From the NCBI GenBank assembly GCA_963667015.2, contig CAXXJJ010000004.1, forward strand, positions 544,001 through 608,000: 64,000 nucleotides of DNA. Direction: 5' to 3'. The DNA is from Desulfatiglandales bacterium (GTDB taxonomy: Bacteria; Desulfobacterota; DSM-4660; Desulfatiglandales; HGW-15). The notes beneath the pieces were generated by a model that was given only the letters and a program-made list of their open reading frames with translations, had not been told where the DNA came from and ran no database searches. This document shows, in pieces, positions 62,656 through 64,000 of this stretch. The translations under genes were made by a program, and so were the position numbers. The stretch's first letter is position 1; each line of letters starts with the position of its first letter.

Positions 62656-63429
62656 ATGCTTCTTGCAGCAGACAATATACGGATAACCAGCAGTATAATA
62701 GAAAAATCCCTTGACCGCCAGGATGCATTACCCCTTCAGAAATTGGTGACGCAAATACAGGGCGCTGGAGCTATTGATATAAATACCGGTCCATTGAAAT
62801 CCCGCACTGAAGAAAAAATGGAATTTCTTATTTTTTCGATTCAGGAGGTGACTGATCTGCCGGTCATTCTCGACACCACAAATCCACAGGCTATAAGGAA
62901 AGGGTTAAGTATAAGTAAAAACAGGGTAATCATTAACGGATTTTCTCTTGAACATGATAAACTTGAAAAAATACTTCCCCTTGCAGCAGAATTTGATGTA
63001 GACATCATTGGCTACCTGTTGGATTCAAATGGCCTGCCGCCGTTCGATACCCAGGACAGACTCAACATTGCAGTAGATCTATATAAGATATGCCGGGAAT
63101 CAGGAGTTGCTGAAGAGAGGCTGATAATTGATCCAGTTGTCTCGCCCCTTCTCTGGAATGACGGTGCAGTCAGAAATATGGAGCTGTTGAACATACTGGG
63201 ACTTCTTCCCGACATTCTGGGATTTCCAGTTAAAACAATAGCAGGTCTTTCAAACCTGACAAGCGGAATAAAGGATATGCATAAGAGGATTATTCTACAG
63301 GAGGCGTACCTTTCGATGCTCTCTGCCTCAGGACTTTCCATTTTGCTCATGGATATGCTCAACAGACATCTTGTAGAGATGGCACAGACATGCAACTTAC
63401 TGACAGGTGAAAAACCTTTCTGTGTATAA
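62656..63429 (+). CDS. Pterin-binding methyltransferase (AcsE/MetH pterin domain-like)
   Basis: IDINTG, LDTTN, IING, IDP, GLSN. Confidence 0.82.
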   Translation: MLLAADNIRITSSIIEKSLDRQDALPLQKLVTQIQGAGAIDINTGPLKSRTEEKMEFLIFSIQEVTDLPVILDTTNPQAIRKGLSISKNRVIINGFSLEHDKLEKILPLAAEFDVDIIGYLLDSNGLPPFDTQDRLNIAVDLYKICRESGVAEERLIIDPVVSPLLWNDGAVRNMELLNILGLLPDILGFPVKTIAGLSNLTSGIKDMHKRIILQEAYLSMLSASGLSILLMDMLNRHLVEMAQTCNLLTGEKPFCV

Positions 63430-63619
63430 ATTATACATTATGTAAATTTATTATATATTGTATTAAAAAAAATATCCCGTTCTTTATTTCCGTCTTGTGT
63501 AACGTAAAAAAATCTATTATACATAGTTTATATTCAGAAAATGCTCATTTTTATCAATTTCCGTTTTTTTCAGCCAGATTCACACTGAACAGGTATCAAA
63601 CTATTTTACGGAGGAATAA

Positions 63620-64000
63620 ATGATTAAAAAAGTAATAGCTGTTTTTTCAATAGTCCTGCTGTGCATTTCCATAAACAGTTGTTCAACAACAAAAGTATGT
63701 GACAGGGAATGCCTCAAGGGTTTCATAACCCAGTATCTCGATGCACTTTTAGCCCAGAACCCGGATATCCTGCCTGTTTCTTCAGATGTAAAATTTACCG
63801 AAGACTGTAAGGAATTGAAGATTGGAGAAGGGCTCTGGAAGAGCAAAATCAAACTCACAGATTACAGAAGAGATATTATTGATATCAAAGAAGGAACTGC
63901 AATATCATTCCTGGTGATCGAAGAAAAAGATACTCCGGTCTTCTTTGTCATGAGACTGAAGGTCCAGGATCAGAAAATCACTGAAATTGAATCAAGTGTA
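63620..64000 (+). CDS. Secreted/lipoprotein of the same family as 22499/23374; 3' end runs off the window
   Basis: Not in the track. GGAGG RBS, then MIKKVIAVFSIVLLCISINSC...CDRECLKGFITQYLDAL...VKFTED...GEGLW...RLKVQDQKITEIES. Confidence 0.8.
   Translation, partial: MIKKVIAVFSIVLLCISINSCSTTKVCDRECLKGFITQYLDALLAQNPDILPVSSDVKFTEDCKELKIGEGLWKSKIKLTDYRRDIIDIKEGTAISFLVIEEKDTPVFFVMRLKVQDQKITEIESSV

Overview
64 kb of bacterial DNA, most likely from an anaerobic Desulfobacterota-type organism (inferred from gene content). The left ~24 kb is an accessory region in which every real gene lies on the minus strand. It opens with an AT-rich, translationally coupled operon: m4C-type DNA methyltransferase, a GHKL-ATPase/histidine-kinase fusion, and a receiver-like protein that runs off the edge and is missing from the ORF track. 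Next come a HEPN protein, an IS1380 element, three paralogous membrane-anchored coiled-coil proteins, VapBC, a tandem MoaF-like protein, a membrane hydrolase, GH43 and secreted proteins. These genes are separated by a recurring, ordered mosaic of repeats: a ~160 bp element next to gene starts, heptamer tracts, ~55 bp palindromes, a 378 bp direct repeat, and GTGTCAGGTC-type hairpins just after gene stops. The arrangement looks like an integron-like cassette array, but no integrase is visible. The right ~40 kb is mostly metabolic and ion-homeostasis genes: radical SAMs, MFS, M48 peptidase, a transhydroxylase-like Mo enzyme, MscS, CorA, frdCAB directly behind an N-ATPase operon, a Ca/Na antiporter, LOG, an acyl-CoA ligase, a MacAB-like ABC system, a degenerate resolvase, a stand-alone MshEN protein and an AcsE-like protein. 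Several genes have collapsed into internally deleted remnants. No rRNA, tRNA or CRISPR array was recognised. All family calls come from motif recognition by eye, not from database searches.
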